Below are positions 63,347-64,000 of a stretch of 64,000 bases of DNA, piece by piece. Each line of letters opens with the position of its first letter. The stretch's first letter is position 1. The DNA is from an uncultured Clostridia bacterium (GTDB lineage Bacteria > Acidobacteriota > Blastocatellia > UBA7656). Made by a program: the position numbers and the translations under genes. The stretch is from positions 287,527 through 351,526 of the forward strand of contig CAZTUB010000004.1 in the NCBI GenBank assembly GCA_964615905.1. Reading direction: 5' to 3'. The notes under the pieces were generated by a model. It ran no database searches. It was given only the letters and a program-made list of their open reading frames with translations, and had not been told where the DNA came from.

Positions 63347-64000
63347 TTCCTAATCCCCCTGATACCACCTCACACCAGTCGGCATTATCCAGATACCATC
63401 GCACGGTCTCTGCCAGCCCCTGCTCAAACTCGTATCGCCGGGTAAACCCCAGTTCTCTTTGAGCCAGAGTATCGTCGATGGCGTAGCGGTGATCGTGCCC
63501 CGGCCTATCATTTATGAATGTGATCGCGGTGTCGTGTTTCTCACCGTCCGGTCGCGGGCGCAATTTATCAAGCTCATTGCAGATCGCGCGTACAACATCC
63601 AAATTCCGGCGCTCTGCGTTTCCTCCGAAACAGTATGTCGCCCCCGGCCTGCCACGCTCCATTGCAAGGAGCACGCCCTCGCAATGGTCGCTCACATGTA
63701 TCCAGTCGCGTATATTTTTGCCGTCGCCGTATACAGGCAGTGGTCGCGCCGATAGCGCGCAACTTATCATATAGGGTATAAGCTTTTCAGGGAACTGACG
63801 CGGCCCGTAGTTATTAGAGCAGTTGGTTATGATCGTAGGTAATCCGTATGTATGATGCCAGGCTTGAACCAGATGATCGCCCGCCGCCTTCGATGCGGCA
63901 TAAGGAGAGTTTGGCGACTTGGGGCTCGCCTCATTAAATTTGCCCTCCTCTCCCAGTGAACCGTATACCTCGTCCGTTGACACCTGTATATAACGAAAGC
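63279..64000 (-). CDS. rmlB: dTDP-glucose 4,6-dehydratase (N-terminus beyond window)
   Basis: STDEVYG...[12 protein letters not shown] contains the YxxxK catalytic motif. The ORF runs off the window end, and its 3' end overlaps the rmlA start by about 68 nt. Confidence 0.85.
   Translation of the reverse strand, partial: FRYIQVSTDEVYGSLGEEGKFNEASPKSPNSPYAASKAAGDHLVQAWHHTYGLPTIITNCSNNYGPRQFPEKLIPYMISCALSARPLPVYGDGKNIRDWIHVSDHCEGVLLAMERGRPGATYCFGGNAERRNLDVVRAICNELDKLRPRPDGEKHDTAITFINDRPGHDHRYAIDDTLAQRELGFTRRYEFEQGLAETVRWYLDNADWCEVVSGGLGNEGDNPSWRHWDPSLSANSLNQ

Noticed and set aside
63459-63774. Small plus-strand ORFs inside rmlB
   Set aside because: They are antisense to a strongly conserved dehydratase sequence and show no independent support.

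Overview
This is a high-GC (about 62%) bacterial chromosomal segment. The FtsX-type permease that resembles the acidobacterial duplicated orphan permease (ADOP) family, the many TPR and secreted beta-helix proteins, and the general gene content suggest Acidobacteriota, though that assignment is an inference. The window contains the following, in order. (1) A minus-strand block of secreted or cell-surface proteins: a parallel beta-helix protein, two secreted proteins of unknown function, and a 2OG-Fe(II) oxygenase whose start overlaps the stop of a polysaccharide pyruvyl transferase (ATGA). (2) A housekeeping core: yebC-ruvC, two J-domain proteins flanking ppa, then a long minus-strand run of rplU-rpmA-obg-nadD-rsfS-(stand-alone sigma54 activator)-rlmH-dksA-comF, plus a family-4 UDG, MFS transporters and a UPF0182 membrane protein. 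(3) An unusual cytoplasmic protein that fuses an MCP signalling domain to a C-terminal family-5 solute-binding domain, transcribed divergently from a DUF4388-J-domain-TPR protein. (4) An NfeD-flotillin operon, a large FtsX-type permease resembling ADOP family members, a metallo-beta-lactamase-fold hydrolase, an NPP-type phosphodiesterase, and a secreted PAP2/vanadium-haloperoxidase-like enzyme. (5) A plus-strand island holding a 1400-aa Dna2/Nhi-like nuclease-helicase (Cas4-type Fe-S nuclease, RNaseH-like region, Upf1-like SF1B helicase) translationally coupled to a NUDIX hydrolase, followed by a 1430-aa double hybrid histidine kinase and a Ser/Thr kinase with a polytopic membrane region and ankyrin repeats. 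(6) A dTDP-rhamnose (rmlB-rmlA-rmlD) cluster with three GT2 glycosyltransferases, which is probably a polysaccharide or O-antigen locus. Three copies of a previously unannotated palindromic repeat family, built from tandem 7-nt units, sit at the 3' ends of genes and each supplies the stop codon of the upstream CDS. No rRNA, tRNA or CRISPR array was seen.
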